Positions 1-9,770 of a DNA stretch of 64,000 bases are shown one piece after another. Every line of letters begins with the position of its first letter. Within the stretch, counting starts at the first letter, position 1. The translations under genes were made by a program, and so were the position numbers. The DNA comes from a virus (Duplodnaviria > Caudoviricetes): positions 1 to 64,000 of IMG/VR virus record IMGVR_UViG_3300045609_000068; one strand, given 5' to 3'. Below the pieces are notes generated by a model that did not search any database, was not told where the DNA came from, and was given only the letters and a program-made list of their open reading frames with translations.

Positions 1-322
1 TTTGTTCATCTTCCTTGTTGGTTTTCTTTCAAACCTACCAACCATTAGAGCCTTCCACTCTACCAATGCTATGAACGTTCTGCGTCTGCCATTTCGCCAT
101 ATCCCCGTTTGCCCTATTCTCACGAACCGGGCCCCATAAAAACTAAGCAAAAATTAAAAATTAAACTTATATTAATAGCAATCTACTTTCTGTCTAAAAC
201 CTCGCTATCTTCACAGACCGCAAGGCTGAATATATATGAAATAACCAATAAATACCGCCAGTTTCCGCACCTGTGACCATAAAGGACGTACCCAGGCCGA
301 CACAACGGCTTAAATGAAAAAC

Positions 323-583
323 TCATCTCATATTCTTCATTGAATCCACCTTCTGCGTCAGAATGTAGTTGGTGTGATTCAGAAAGTCGCGTTCCGACCT
401 TGCCTCTCCAATTTTCCAATAACTGAATACGATCGTAAAAGCGATTATTATCATCATATAAACATAGGGGAAGTGATGTACGCTTTCGTTGATTTTGTGC
501 ATCAATATCCCAGTTCCCTTTGACATTAACGAGAAACCCTCGTTCCATGAAGGCTCTCCACTGATTCCGATTTTATCATCCAT
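323..583 (-). CDS. Small single-TM membrane protein
   Basis: Co-oriented ORF directly after the RusA gene; hydrophobic stretch YVYMMIIIAFTIVFSYW. Confidence 0.6.
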   Translation of the reverse strand: MDDKIGISGEPSWNEGFSLMSKGTGILMHKINESVHHFPYVYMMIIIAFTIVFSYWKIGEARSERDFLNHTNYILTQKVDSMKNMR

Positions 584-596
584 AGTTTTTTTATTT

Positions 597-962
597 TTAG
601 ATATCTATTTCCTCTATTACGAACTCGACTCTTGGATTCACCTTGTCGATGAGTTTCCTTGCGTGTATCTCAGCACACTGTCTGTCGTTCTTGATTGCAC
701 CGCATGACTGCAAGCAGTCGAAGAATATCTTGAAACTTCCGTCAAGGTCCTTTCTGTTGCTCCCGAAGAACACGTCTATGTCAATCTTGAACATCTTGCC
801 TATGTTCATTCCCCGCAACTTGCATTGAAGATAGAACTTGTTCTCGTATGCGACCAAATTTGCGTGCTTGGCCAGTTGTCCGTGTCCGTTAATGGTCACA
901 ATCTTATATCCGTTAGACTTGGAAGGTATGTCACCGTATATTATTTGTTTCTGATATATCAT
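597..962 (-). CDS. rusA: RusA-like Holliday junction resolvase
   Basis: PSKSN N-terminal motif, KDLDG..K..FDCL and IKNDRQ acidic motifs; start reset to MIYQK at 962. Confidence 0.85.
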   Translation of the reverse strand: MIYQKQIIYGDIPSKSNGYKIVTINGHGQLAKHANLVAYENKFYLQCKLRGMNIGKMFKIDIDVFFGSNRKDLDGSFKIFFDCLQSCGAIKNDRQCAEIHARKLIDKVNPRVEFVIEEIDI

Positions 963-972
963 GCCATCCGTT

Positions 973-1344
973 TTAATGTATAACCAGAACCGTATTTCCG
1001 TCTTTCCATAATTCGTCGATGACTTTTGCAAACGACAAGAAAAACGAACCTTTGTCTTTGCTTGGTCCGAACTTGGTAAATATGTTGTCAATCTCCTTAC
1101 GTGAGAATATGGCGTTGTAAGGGTTCCTTGAATGAAGGTAGTCCTCCAGTTCCTCTTTTCTGTCGAATATCGAGAACGGCCAATACCCTCCGCTTTCCTC
1201 TGCGACCGAAGACTCATACGATACACATCCCTGCGGGGTGAGCGTAACCTTTTTTGGGAGCGAGGAAATCAATTCGCGCGGAATCTCAATTCTCTCGTCG
1301 TCGAATAGCATCTTGTTGTCTATGTTGTGAAGTGTAAAATACAT
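973..1344 (-). CDS. Hypothetical protein
   Basis: 123-aa ORF abutting both neighbours in the operon. Confidence 0.7.
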   Translation of the reverse strand: MYFTLHNIDNKMLFDDERIEIPRELISSLPKKVTLTPQGCVSYESSVAEESGGYWPFSIFDRKEELEDYLHSRNPYNAIFSRKEIDNIFTKFGPSKDKGSFFLSFAKVIDELWKDGNTVLVIH

Positions 1345-2088
1345 TTATATTATCTGTTTATCCAAATTAATTTCAAGTCCTTTATTGGCCACGAATGTGG
1401 GCACTCCGAATGTCCGTACTATTCTGTCACGGAACATATTCGAGTTGCTGTTTGCAGCTGATAAATGGATTAATATGATGTTGCCGGCTTCTTCGGCATG
1501 GCAGCGTTTGAGAGTTAATATGCAATTCCCTATCGAGAGATGCGATGTCATAAGCCTGTTTCCCAAAGCTGGGTTCACGATACCGTTCTCCATATTCCTT
1601 TGCAGTATATCATCGTCATAGTTCGCCTCAATCATATAGTTCTTTATTCCCTTGAATGTCTTTGGGACTGTGTATGTGTCAGTGGCGAACATCAACGGCC
1701 CCATGTCGTCGTGGAATATTAAAAAACCGAAACAGGGAGCATCGTGTTCGACCAAGAACGGCATTACCTTGAACGGCCCTACCTTATATAGTCTGTCCTG
1801 CTTTGTCGCGGCTTTGTATCTTTTTGCATCAGGGCCTACGGACTCGATAACGTCATAGTTGCATACAAGCGTTCCATTGATGCGCCGCATGAAATCCTTG
1901 ATGTATTTGGCATGGTCCGAATGTCTGTGCGATACGCACAATCCGACTATTCCGCCAACGTTGTAGTCGATGGCTTTCTCAAGCTCTCTGAACGGGCATC
2001 CCGACTCAAGGAGAAGAATATTCGAATCATTGTCAATCAGCGCATAGCTGTTTCCAGATGAAGAAGAACCAATAATTTTCAGTGTCAT
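1345..2088 (-). CDS. MBL-fold metallo-hydrolase (YycJ/PhnP-like nuclease)
   Basis: GSSSSGN start, SHRHSDH, VEHDA, TDT, IEANYD, SHLS and IHLS motifs; lies next to recT. Confidence 0.9.
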   Translation of the reverse strand: MTLKIIGSSSSGNSYALIDNDSNILLLESGCPFRELEKAIDYNVGGIVGLCVSHRHSDHAKYIKDFMRRINGTLVCNYDVIESVGPDAKRYKAATKQDRLYKVGPFKVMPFLVEHDAPCFGFLIFHDDMGPLMFATDTYTVPKTFKGIKNYMIEANYDDDILQRNMENGIVNPALGNRLMTSHLSIGNCILTLKRCHAEEAGNIILIHLSAANSNSNMFRDRIVRTFGVPTFVANKGLEINLDKQII

Positions 2089-2153
2089 ATTAAAAGTGAC
2101 GAGCTTCCATCGTCCCCGTCGTGTGGCTACGACTTTTAATCGGAATATTTATA

Positions 2154-3059
2154 CTAAATCGGGCAATCGTCTTTTTTGTCTTCTGCTTTCTTGATCTCCC
2201 CAGTGGTTGTGTCAACGACCTCAACGGCATCTGCTTCCACTACTTTTGCAGTATCAACCTCTTCCTTTTCGGCCATGTTTGCGGCATTTCTCTCTTCCAT
2301 GGCATCGCTTTCGTTTTCATTTTTAAAAGCCATTGCCATATCAGTACTTACATATCCGTAAGTTCCGATAAGCTGTCTTAAAACAGTCTTCCTAGCCATT
2401 TCTGTATATGTCCCTAACCATCCAACGACACCTGCTACAGGGCCCTTTATGGCTTGTTCCTGACAAAGTTCAAGAAGTCTTTTCTCGGTTACATCCTCAT
2501 TGTATTTTAAGGATGGTGAATACGTTTTGGCGTAGTGAGCCATTTCTTCTGTGGTCATGTAGAAAGTCTTACAGAATCCATTAAGAAGTTCAATATACGC
2601 AAAGAATCCGACAACCTTATCGCTTGTCTTTACACCGTGTAGATCAATGGCTCCAGTTAGTTTATCTCTAGATTTAAGTTCTCCTTCGTAAACTACATCT
2701 GCATTTATATAACGATACTGACCGGTACGTAATGCAAGCTGTATTAAACCTTTGTAACCAATTATAAACTGAGGGACCGGAACTCCCTTTTTCTTAAATG
2801 TAATGATGTAAGCCAATCCTAGCTGCTTATTAAGTGGAAGATTTAGCGTGGCCGCTTTCATCGCCTCCTGAATCAAAGCGTTCGGGTCGCATCCTTGCAG
2901 AGACTTTTCCTGTGTAACAAGTTCTATAAGGCTTGTAGCGAAAGTGCCCGCATTTTTACCTAGGACGTTTTTGAGCTGGTCCTGTACATAGTTCCCCTTT
3001 ACTAACTGGGAAACCTTTAAGATAGACTGCTGTGCAACAGTCAGACTTGTATTTGCCAT
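2154..3059 (-). CDS. recT: RecT/Red-beta family single-strand annealing protein
   Basis: LPLNKQLGLAYII and PQFIIGYKGLIQLALRTGQY..INA.VVYEGE motifs, acidic tail. Confidence 0.92.
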   Translation of the reverse strand: MANTSLTVAQQSILKVSQLVKGNYVQDQLKNVLGKNAGTFATSLIELVTQEKSLQGCDPNALIQEAMKAATLNLPLNKQLGLAYIITFKKKGVPVPQFIIGYKGLIQLALRTGQYRYINADVVYEGELKSRDKLTGAIDLHGVKTSDKVVGFFAYIELLNGFCKTFYMTTEEMAHYAKTYSPSLKYNEDVTEKRLLELCQEQAIKGPVAGVVGWLGTYTEMARKTVLRQLIGTYGYVSTDMAMAFKNENESDAMEERNAANMAEKEEVDTAKVVEADAVEVVDTTTGEIKKAEDKKDDCPI

Positions 3060-3069
3060 ATAATTTTAT

Positions 3070-5061
3070 TTATTTAATGATGATATTTTCGTCTTCGCTC
3101 ACGAACAGTCTGATCTGCTGGCTTTTCGTGTCAATCAGCTTGTTGACGGACTCCGAATTATCCGTAACGATAGGGGCGTAAGCATCGTAATATCTACATA
3201 GCGTGTTGATGATGTCGAGTGATGCGTTTACCCTTGCGCCTTGGTTCAGTCCGTCATGCAGCGCAATTCCTCCCACATAGCACTCGCAATAGGGCGAAAC
3301 GTTCCCATTGTTGTCCTCTTTGCTCATCTTCCATGTTACATAAGAAAAATGCCTATTAACGCTTTGCTCGACCATATTGTTGAATCTGGTCTGATAGGAC
3401 AGTGCGACATCCTCTTCCTTTTCAAGCATAGAAAGCTGCTTTGATAGCTCGGACTGCTTGTCTTCAAGCTCTTTGATGTTCTTTTTTACCTTATCGTAAG
3501 CCTCGCTCTTAATTAGGTTGGCGTTCAGAATATCAAGTTCTGACTGCAACTGCCCCATCTTCGACATGAGGTCTTCAAGCTGCTTATTCCTTACTTCACC
3601 GTCTTCGGTACTTTCAACAGTTGTGTTTTCCAACCGTGCAAGTTCGTCTTCAACGGAAGAGTAATTGGGATAATGCTCAGTTTTGACTTCATCCAGCGTG
3701 GGGGCCTTCTTCGATTTGTAGTCCTCGTAGTCCTTGTTGGACTGGATGAGGGCTTTGTCGGCATCCTTGTATTGGTTTTGCAGATCGTTTTCCCTTTTCT
3801 TTAGCCCGTCAATCTCGGTTGATAGGGATTTCTGCTCCGCCTTCACCTTTTCAGCCTTTGCGCGAAGCTCGGAAAACTTCTTCTCTTTCCTTTCGTTGAA
3901 CTCGTTGCGCATACGCTCGATATTGTCGTGAGCGACATCTTCCGGGAGTTGCTGCCCGCATGTTGGGCATATCGTGGCATCGTCGGATATGGAGAAAGAC
4001 TCTAAATTGTTCTTCCACTCCTTGCGTATCTCCTGTACCTCGGCGTCTATATCTTTCAGACGCTTGTTTTTTGCCTCGATATTGATAAGGGACTGCTCGT
4101 CTTTGATGTCCTGGCATTTCTGCCTGTTCATAGAAACGACACTCTTCAAAGCATACAGTTTGTCTTCACGCTCCTTTATCTCCTTGTCGTAAAGGTTCTT
4201 AGCCCCGATATCCATCTGATTGATGCGGTTCTTCGCAATTTCAATCTTATGTTTCAGTTCCTTCATTGCGGGACTTTCCGTCACGGGCTTTGTCTGCAAT
4301 TCGGAAATGTCCGTTTTCAGCTTTGCAATCTTTTCCTGATGGTCAGTTATGTCGGCTTCCGTCTTCTCCTTGTTGAAGTATTCGCCGATGTTCTTGTTCT
4401 GTTCCTCTATACGGACGGGAATGAGTTCAAGCTCCTTTTTGATGTCACGGCACATATAAGACTTATGCTTGATATATTCCTCTAGACTTTCGCCTTCAAG
4501 CTCTTTTAGCAATGCCTCGTATTTCGGATCGGATTTCAACGAACCGTCTTCAATGCCTCCAGTTATATCCATAAGCATACGTCGCTGTTCGCTCCAATGG
4601 CGACCGACAAAATCGTTCGGGTTTGTTATGGCCCGAAACACATCGTCTGGAATCAGGCTGCTTATATATGCCGCAAAGTCGTTAACAGTCTTCTTTTCTC
4701 CGTCAACATACGTTACTGTGGTATTGCTTGTCAGATATTCCTCCTCAGCTCCTCTCGGTCTCATCCATTTCTCATGGAGTTCACGTTTAAGCGTGTGGCG
4801 CTTTCCGTCAATCTCCACATCCAAAGTGACGGTGGGGGAGATATGGTGTTTTTCCTCTCCGTTTACTACGGGCTTAATCTGATACTGCGTCTTACCGTCG
4901 CTGTTCTTTCCAAACAGGCACCAGCTTATAGCATCGGATATGGTAGTCTTTCCACTACCATTACGTCCTCTGATTTCAGTTACACCGTCGTGAAACGGAA
5001 CTTCCTTGTGCTCGAACTTCTTGAAATTGTCAAGCGTCAGCTTTATGTACTTTATTTCCAT
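3070..5061 (-). CDS. SMC/SbcC-like AAA ATPase with coiled coil
   Basis: Walker A GRNGSGKT, central CPTCGQ zinc hook, LNQG signature, Walker B IVTDNSE. Confidence 0.9.
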   Translation of the reverse strand: MEIKYIKLTLDNFKKFEHKEVPFHDGVTEIRGRNGSGKTTISDAISWCLFGKNSDGKTQYQIKPVVNGEEKHHISPTVTLDVEIDGKRHTLKRELHEKWMRPRGAEEEYLTSNTTVTYVDGEKKTVNDFAAYISSLIPDDVFRAITNPNDFVGRHWSEQRRMLMDITGGIEDGSLKSDPKYEALLKELEGESLEEYIKHKSYMCRDIKKELELIPVRIEEQNKNIGEYFNKEKTEADITDHQEKIAKLKTDISELQTKPVTESPAMKELKHKIEIAKNRINQMDIGAKNLYDKEIKEREDKLYALKSVVSMNRQKCQDIKDEQSLINIEAKNKRLKDIDAEVQEIRKEWKNNLESFSISDDATICPTCGQQLPEDVAHDNIERMRNEFNERKEKKFSELRAKAEKVKAEQKSLSTEIDGLKKRENDLQNQYKDADKALIQSNKDYEDYKSKKAPTLDEVKTEHYPNYSSVEDELARLENTTVESTEDGEVRNKQLEDLMSKMGQLQSELDILNANLIKSEAYDKVKKNIKELEDKQSELSKQLSMLEKEEDVALSYQTRFNNMVEQSVNRHFSYVTWKMSKEDNNGNVSPYCECYVGGIALHDGLNQGARVNASLDIINTLCRYYDAYAPIVTDNSESVNKLIDTKSQQIRLFVSEDENIIIK

Positions 5062-5068
5062 ATTATTT

Positions 5069-5275
5069 TTATTCGTCTACATCAATTACGTCAATCATCC
5101 ATGCTGCAACCGATAGGTTGACAGTAGCTATTATAATAGGTATAACCATATTGGAACATACAGTGACAATGAATATCGAGAAACTTGTTCCGAAATATAG
5201 TAACACGGCTTTCTGCTTTCTGTTCAGACCCTTGTAAAAGCTAAGAAGCAATATTTTCTTCAACTGCTCTATCAT
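5069..5275 (-). CDS. Small two-TM membrane protein
   Basis: Hydrophobic C-terminal half; start reset to MIEQL. Confidence 0.55.
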   Translation of the reverse strand: MIEQLKKILLLSFYKGLNRKQKAVLLYFGTSFSIFIVTVCSNMVIPIIIATVNLSVAAWMIDVIDVDE

Positions 5276-5753
5276 ATCTGTTATAGTTAAGTTTAGCCTC
5301 CAGCTCGTTAGCCTTTTCGACGAACTCAGCCAGAACACCTTCCAAATCATAAACCTGATGATGGTTCTGTATCATGTGGATGACATTCTTTCTGGAATAC
5401 ATCCCCGAATCCCCAGGCTTGTAAACGAGAGCTTGGTTCCCTATCTTCACGGAAACGAAATCTTCCTCTACCGTGATCTCAGCATCGTATCGAACGGTTG
5501 TGGCTTCGGATGCCACAAAACCAGTTCCCGACCGCATCGGCATAAGCGTGCATTTGTAAGGTGTAAACTCCTTGATGTTGGATAACAATTGCCTGCCGGC
5601 AATGACTATCTTCTTCTTGCCATCTTCGTCATAGCTTACGCCCTTCCATTTGCTTTCCACTTTTTTTACATAAGCTACGAATCTTCCGTCTGCCTGTTTG
5701 CGGAACTTTAAAATGACCTTTATAACCTTAATCGGCTTGTTTGATTTTTCCAT
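5241..5753 (-). CDS. Hypothetical protein
   Basis: ORF from MEKSNK, ACTATAT motif 22 nt upstream. Confidence 0.7.
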   Translation of the reverse strand: MEKSNKPIKVIKVILKFRKQADGRFVAYVKKVESKWKGVSYDEDGKKKIVIAGRQLLSNIKEFTPYKCTLMPMRSGTGFVASEATTVRYDAEITVEEDFVSVKIGNQALVYKPGDSGMYSRKNVIHMIQNHHQVYDLEGVLAEFVEKANELEAKLNYNRYDRAVEENIAS

Positions 5754-5823
5754 TTTGATTTTTCTTAGATATAGTATGGCCACATGCAAAAGGTTGCCTA
5801 ATTTAACTGACGTTAACCTTATG

Positions 5824-6231
5824 TTACAATTTTAGTGTTTTGGCATGGCAGCCGAAGCACAAACCGCCAGTGGAATTGTAAATTTTGCTTGATATCCGTT
5901 TACCGCAACGGCGGCAAAAATACACCCTCTCTGTACGCGACTTGTTGCCGATGATGGCGTTGAGGCATTGGGGGGTGATTTTATAATCTTCCTCAAGAGC
6001 GAGTTTCAATTCCTTGAACGTGTACGACTTGTTGTTCGCAACAAGGTACTTCAAACCTTTTGTCAGCTTGTCCCAGTCGTATTTCACGAGAACGTCACGG
6101 ATGTACTGCGTGTTGAGCAGCTGCAACTCGTTCATCCTCCGAACCTGCGATGTGTCCAGACCATATATGTCCGAAATTTTAATGATGTCCTTTTCCCGTA
6201 ACAGGAATTGGAGCTTTGGTGCTGTTAACAT
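5824..6231 (-). CDS. Hypothetical protein with C-terminal zinc finger
   Basis: CRRCG...CFGC motif. Confidence 0.7.
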   Translation of the reverse strand: MLTAPKLQFLLREKDIIKISDIYGLDTSQVRRMNELQLLNTQYIRDVLVKYDWDKLTKGLKYLVANNKSYTFKELKLALEEDYKITPQCLNAIIGNKSRTERVYFCRRCGKRISSKIYNSTGGLCFGCHAKTLKL

Positions 6232-6313
6232 AAACTTTTTCCATTTTCATATATATAGTTGAAAAAGCCATGCCACGGTATCACCAATCTCCGATTCCTT
6301 TTGCTACTTTTTG

Positions 6314-7288
6314 TTATATTACTTCAACTACGGGTTTTTCGATAGTAGGGATGATGTCCCTCTTTTTCAGTTCCTCGTAAAGGAAGAGCCTTCCCTTCTG
6401 TCTCCATTTGGTATTCATGACGGTCTCCATGCGCCCATCGCTATGGGTGATATTGGTAGTGTCGCTGAATACATATCCGTTTTTCAGATACTTGGAATAC
6501 AGAATCCACTGTCTGCCGACCTTATACTGTATGCCCATTTCGTGCAGGATGGAATTGAGCTTCTGCGCCGACATTCCGTAGTCCTGTGCAATCTGTGTGA
6601 CTGTTATAAGCTCGTGGGAGGAAAGGATGGTGTCTACATAGTCAGCCTTTTCCCTCAGTTCCGTTACCTGGTTCCCTAACTCCGATATGGTTTTCGTCTG
6701 CGTGTTGATGGTGTCCTGCTGGTCTTCAATCTTCTCCGCCTGCTTGTAAGCTAGCAGCAATGCCTGCTTGTAGGTCTGCGGGATATAGAACTGCTGATTG
6801 GCAACCTTGTGGAACACCTGACGGTAGACCTCGAACACCTGCTTGTTTTTGCGGGCGACAAGGAACTCCATACATGAGACGGTGAGGTAATAGTTCAACT
6901 TGTTACTACCGCCGCCCCATTTTTGTTTCCCATCTTGCTCCGCATTTTTGCGGAGCATTTGATTATCAACTACTTGCGAGCTTTCCGTAACGTTTTCTAC
7001 AACTTCATGCGCTTCCATTTCGTTTTGCTCCGCATTTTTGAGGAGCGATTGATTATCAGGCACTTGCGAATTTTCCTCATTTTTGAGGGAAATTCGATAA
7101 TCAACATCTTTAATGAAGTTATCTTTCAATTCACGGACTGCATTGTCTTTTCTTGCATAGACCAGCATCCATACCTCATCAAGATTGATTGGGAACTCAT
7201 TGTCCGATTTAGACAATTCTAACACTGCGTTGAAATAACGCCTGATTTCGCTCTCGCTACTTTCCTTTAATAAAATCTGATTCTCCAT
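6314..7288 (-). CDS. Phage antirepressor (AntA-like N-terminus, KilAC C-terminus)
   Basis: FPINLDEVW..VY.RK N-terminus; IPQTY.QAL.LA and VTQIAQDYGMSA.KLN.IL....IQYKV...TKW.QKGRLF C-terminus. Confidence 0.88.
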   Translation of the reverse strand: MENQILLKESSESEIRRYFNAVLELSKSDNEFPINLDEVWMLVYARKDNAVRELKDNFIKDVDYRISLKNEENSQVPDNQSLLKNAEQNEMEAHEVVENVTESSQVVDNQMLRKNAEQDGKQKWGGGSNKLNYYLTVSCMEFLVARKNKQVFEVYRQVFHKVANQQFYIPQTYKQALLLAYKQAEKIEDQQDTINTQTKTISELGNQVTELREKADYVDTILSSHELITVTQIAQDYGMSAQKLNSILHEMGIQYKVGRQWILYSKYLKNGYVFSDTTNITHSDGRMETVMNTKWRQKGRLFLYEELKKRDIIPTIEKPVVEVI

Positions 7289-7334
7289 CTACTGAAAGTC
7301 ATTTTTGATGGTTAGAAATTTGGCATTTCACTAT

Positions 7335-7490
7335 AAAGAGTGCGGTTGCCCTACCTTTTGACTTTCACCTGACAGGCAGTGGGCGCATTGACGCTCCACA
7401 AAGGGGACAACCGCATATAGCGTTATATGAGCAAAAAAATTGCTCACTAAAATTAGCGAGCTTACCTCGCCTGTCAGTATGAAAGTCGCT
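7335..7490 (-). ncRNA. Structured leader or antisense RNA (C4/CI-like) upstream of the antirepressor
   Basis: 7469-7487 pairs with 7360-7377; an internal GCGGUUGUCCC is complementary to downstream GGGCAACCGC (7342-7351). Confidence 0.6.
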
Positions 7491-7491
7491 G

Positions 7492-7523
7492 CAAATATAG
7501 CTACTCTTTCTGAAACCGCCAAA
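7492..7523 (-). promoter_or_regulatory. Bacteroidota primary-sigma promoter
   Basis: TTTG-N20-TATATTTG, matching the known -33/-7 consensus. Confidence 0.75.
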
Positions 7524-7651
7524 TTTTTAACCAATGTTTTGATTCCGTACCGTACACTCTCTGCAACGCCGCAGAATTTGTCCGTTACTGAAATTGGGAT
7601 AAAAAAAGAGGATGCACCTTGGCACCCTCTTGAAATGGTATTACTTATTGT

Positions 7652-7930
7652 TTACTCTGTTTCTTCCAAAAATTGATTAAGGACTTCAATGAAATGTTCC
7701 ATGTCCTCCGTTCCGATGTCCGTTTCGGACTCGAAATCTCCGATGGACTCATCAAGATTATTGAACTTGTCCGTCCCTTCGTCCGTGTCAAGCAACTTGT
7801 CGTACTTGCCAGTCGGATCTTCGTCAAACTCTTCCCTCATGTCGGCGGCAATCTTCTTCGCTGCGTCAGCCACCTTCTGAATTTTCGGAATGAGAGCTTT
7901 CACTCTCGTTTTGTACTTTTTTTCTATCAT
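7652..7930 (-). CDS. Small acidic hypothetical protein
   Basis: ORF from MIEKK, very acidic C-terminus. Confidence 0.65.
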   Translation of the reverse strand: MIEKKYKTRVKALIPKIQKVADAAKKIAADMREEFDEDPTGKYDKLLDTDEGTDKFNNLDESIGDFESETDIGTEDMEHFIEVLNQFLEETE

Positions 7931-8065
7931 AGCCAATTGATTTAAAAATACGGATCGGTACAACATCCGACCACTATTTCGATAAATATATACACTCCCA
8001 ACAATTCGACGGCAATCAATATTATGCCGCATAGTTTATCAAACCAGTCACCCATAACTTTTGAT

Positions 8066-8338
8066 TTAGATTATCAAATGCGAATTTAAATCATTTTTCG
8101 GCACGTTGCTCTGTTCGTTAACAAAGTTTATAGCCTTTTCCCTAGAATCGAACCAGTCGATGTAAATATCGCACCTGTTAGTGTGCCTATAGACACGTTC
8201 CGGCCTTTCCTTTGATTCCTTAACTCCCATCATACAAAGATTCGTCCTGTCATCATAGATGGAGGACATCACGCTGTACCATCTCTTCATTTCAATGTGT
8301 TTTGATTTTAATATTAATCCAATCTTCTCCAGTTTCAT
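8066..8338 (-). CDS. Hypothetical early protein
   Basis: Co-oriented ORF in dense small-gene array; IYIDWF motif. Confidence 0.65.
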   Translation of the reverse strand: MKLEKIGLILKSKHIEMKRWYSVMSSIYDDRTNLCMMGVKESKERPERVYRHTNRCDIYIDWFDSREKAINFVNEQSNVPKNDLNSHLII

Positions 8339-8492
8339 ATTCTCCGTTCCAGTCCAGGAACATCAGCTTGCCACCGCAGATAATGTGCGTGGCAGTATTA
8401 CAGCACTCTGCTTTGCTTCGAAGGCAGTTCAGTCTGATTGTTCTCTTACCTCCGATTATCATGGTATCAAGATAATAATATGTCACTTCCAT
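8292..8492 (-). CDS. Hypothetical early protein
   Basis: 66-aa co-oriented ORF with AT-rich leader. Confidence 0.5.
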   Translation of the reverse strand: MEVTYYYLDTMIIGGKRTIRLNCLRSKAECCNTATHIICGGKLMFLDWNGEYETGEDWINIKIKTH

Positions 8493-8509
8493 TTTAATTT
8501 ATTCAGTAA

Positions 8510-8710
8510 TCATAATACGAATGAAAACAACTGCATTAACCAGAACTTTCTGCTATTACAGTCGTACATCAGGCACCAATATATCGAGCACCAGAAGTCT
8601 ATCGTCAGCATTTTAATCCTGCTGTACTTGGCGCAGAATATCTTGTTCATAATGATACGGCACAATGCCAGTCTCGCTCTGTTTTCCGTTTTGCGAATTT
8701 CAACTTTCAT
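8510..8710 (-). CDS. Hypothetical early protein
   Basis: ORF from MKVEIRK. Confidence 0.4.
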   Translation of the reverse strand: MKVEIRKTENRARLALCRIIMNKIFCAKYSRIKMLTIDFWCSIYWCLMYDCNSRKFWLMQLFSFVL

Positions 8711-8752
8711 AAATTTTATTTTTGAGAGTTTCTTATTATTTCGCACAGATGT

Positions 8753-8959
8753 TCAAACGTTCCGTTGAACAGAATGTACGCATCCTTGGTCTCTATCCGC
8801 ACGTGATTGCCTCGGCATCAATATTGTAGTTATTGGGTTCGTTTCCACAATCCCTAGTCGTGACATCGAATATGCCCTGACGCTTAATGTTTTCAGGGCT
8901 ACAAGGTATTTCTCCGCTTTCTCTCCGCTAAGCAATACTAACTTTTTGTTTGTTTCCAT
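8753..8959 (-). CDS. Hypothetical early protein
   Basis: ORF from METNKK, just after the previous stop. Confidence 0.45.
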   Translation of the reverse strand: METNKKLVLLSGEKAEKYLVALKTLSVRAYSMSRLGIVETNPITTILMPRQSRADRDQGCVHSVQRNV

Positions 8960-8963
8960 ATCT

Positions 8964-9212
8964 CTATTTATTACCCAGTCCGTACAAAAGCAGTAACTCG
9001 TCATTCCTAATGAATGTGTAGGTAGGGGTGAACTTATTCAGAAAAGAAAATATATCATCTGTCTTTAAATAGACATATAGGTATTTGCCTTTTATATCAA
9101 CACTCTCGATCGTCCCGAACATTTGGGACGAATTACAATCCTCTACCAGTCCCCATTCAAAAGGGTTCTCGCTGTTCAATGCTTTAAACAATTCGTACTC
9201 GTAATTAGTCAT
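8964..9212 (-). CDS. Hypothetical early protein
   Basis: 82-aa ORF, tight spacing. Confidence 0.6.
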   Translation of the reverse strand: MTNYEYELFKALNSENPFEWGLVEDCNSSQMFGTIESVDIKGKYLYVYLKTDDIFSFLNKFTPTYTFIRNDELLLLYGLGNK

Positions 9213-9215
9213 AAT

Positions 9216-9530
9216 TTAATCCAGTTTAAATGAATATCTGCACCTTCCTATGATATCCACATCAATGTCCACAATGAATTTCCTGAAAAGTTCGCAGAAA
9301 TAGAAATTTTTCGGATTCTCTGTTGAACAGTATGATGAAATCTTCCTTGAAAACTCCTCGCCGCTCATCGTGCCTTCTCCAGATACGATAAAGGAATATG
9401 TTGCCAAACCGTCATTGATTTTGTTCTTCAACGTCGGTTTGATACCGTTTCCAATAAGATACTTTTCAAAACTTTTATCTATCTTGCCCCAGTCAAGTAT
9501 CGTAATGGAGCCTGATTCTTTGTTTTCCAT
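9216..9530 (-). CDS. Hypothetical early protein
   Basis: 104-aa ORF, tight spacing. Confidence 0.6.
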   Translation of the reverse strand: MENKESGSITILDWGKIDKSFEKYLIGNGIKPTLKNKINDGLATYSFIVSGEGTMSGEEFSRKISSYCSTENPKNFYFCELFRKFIVDIDVDIIGRCRYSFKLD

Positions 9531-9531
9531 A

Positions 9532-9759
9532 TTACTTTAAATGATAAATCTTTCTAGTTTCTTTTGCTATATCCATAATCACCTTGACAATGTCCTCGTC
9601 ACTGAACGATTCAGGTAAGTCGTCTCCGCTTACCACTCCGCTAAGCGGAAGGCTACCATGGCACAGCTCGAAACTCATTCGTGTTCCCTGATACTCCCAT
9701 GTATTGATTTCATAGGTGTATTTGTCACCACCGACTGTTATCGTTACATACTTTCGCAT
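9532..9759 (-). CDS. Hypothetical early protein
   Basis: 75-aa ORF, tight spacing. Confidence 0.6.
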   Translation of the reverse strand: MRKYVTITVGGDKYTYEINTWEYQGTRMSFELCHGSLPLSGVVSGDDLPESFSDEDIVKVIMDIAKETRKIYHLK

Positions 9760-9770
9760 AGAATTTGCAT

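Noticed and set aside
597-1226. ORF-track starts that extend genes upstream (e.g. 1226, 8032, 12-kb region neighbours, 23505, 33454, 51259)
   Set aside because: Extensions overlap neighbouring genes or promoter motifs; downstream ATGs fit homology and spacing better
8259-8768. 169-aa plus-strand ORF and many similar antisense ORFs in the track (e.g. 13811-14353, 27818-28597, 47367-48164, 61046-61714)
   Set aside because: They lie opposite better-supported genes and show no recognisable motifs
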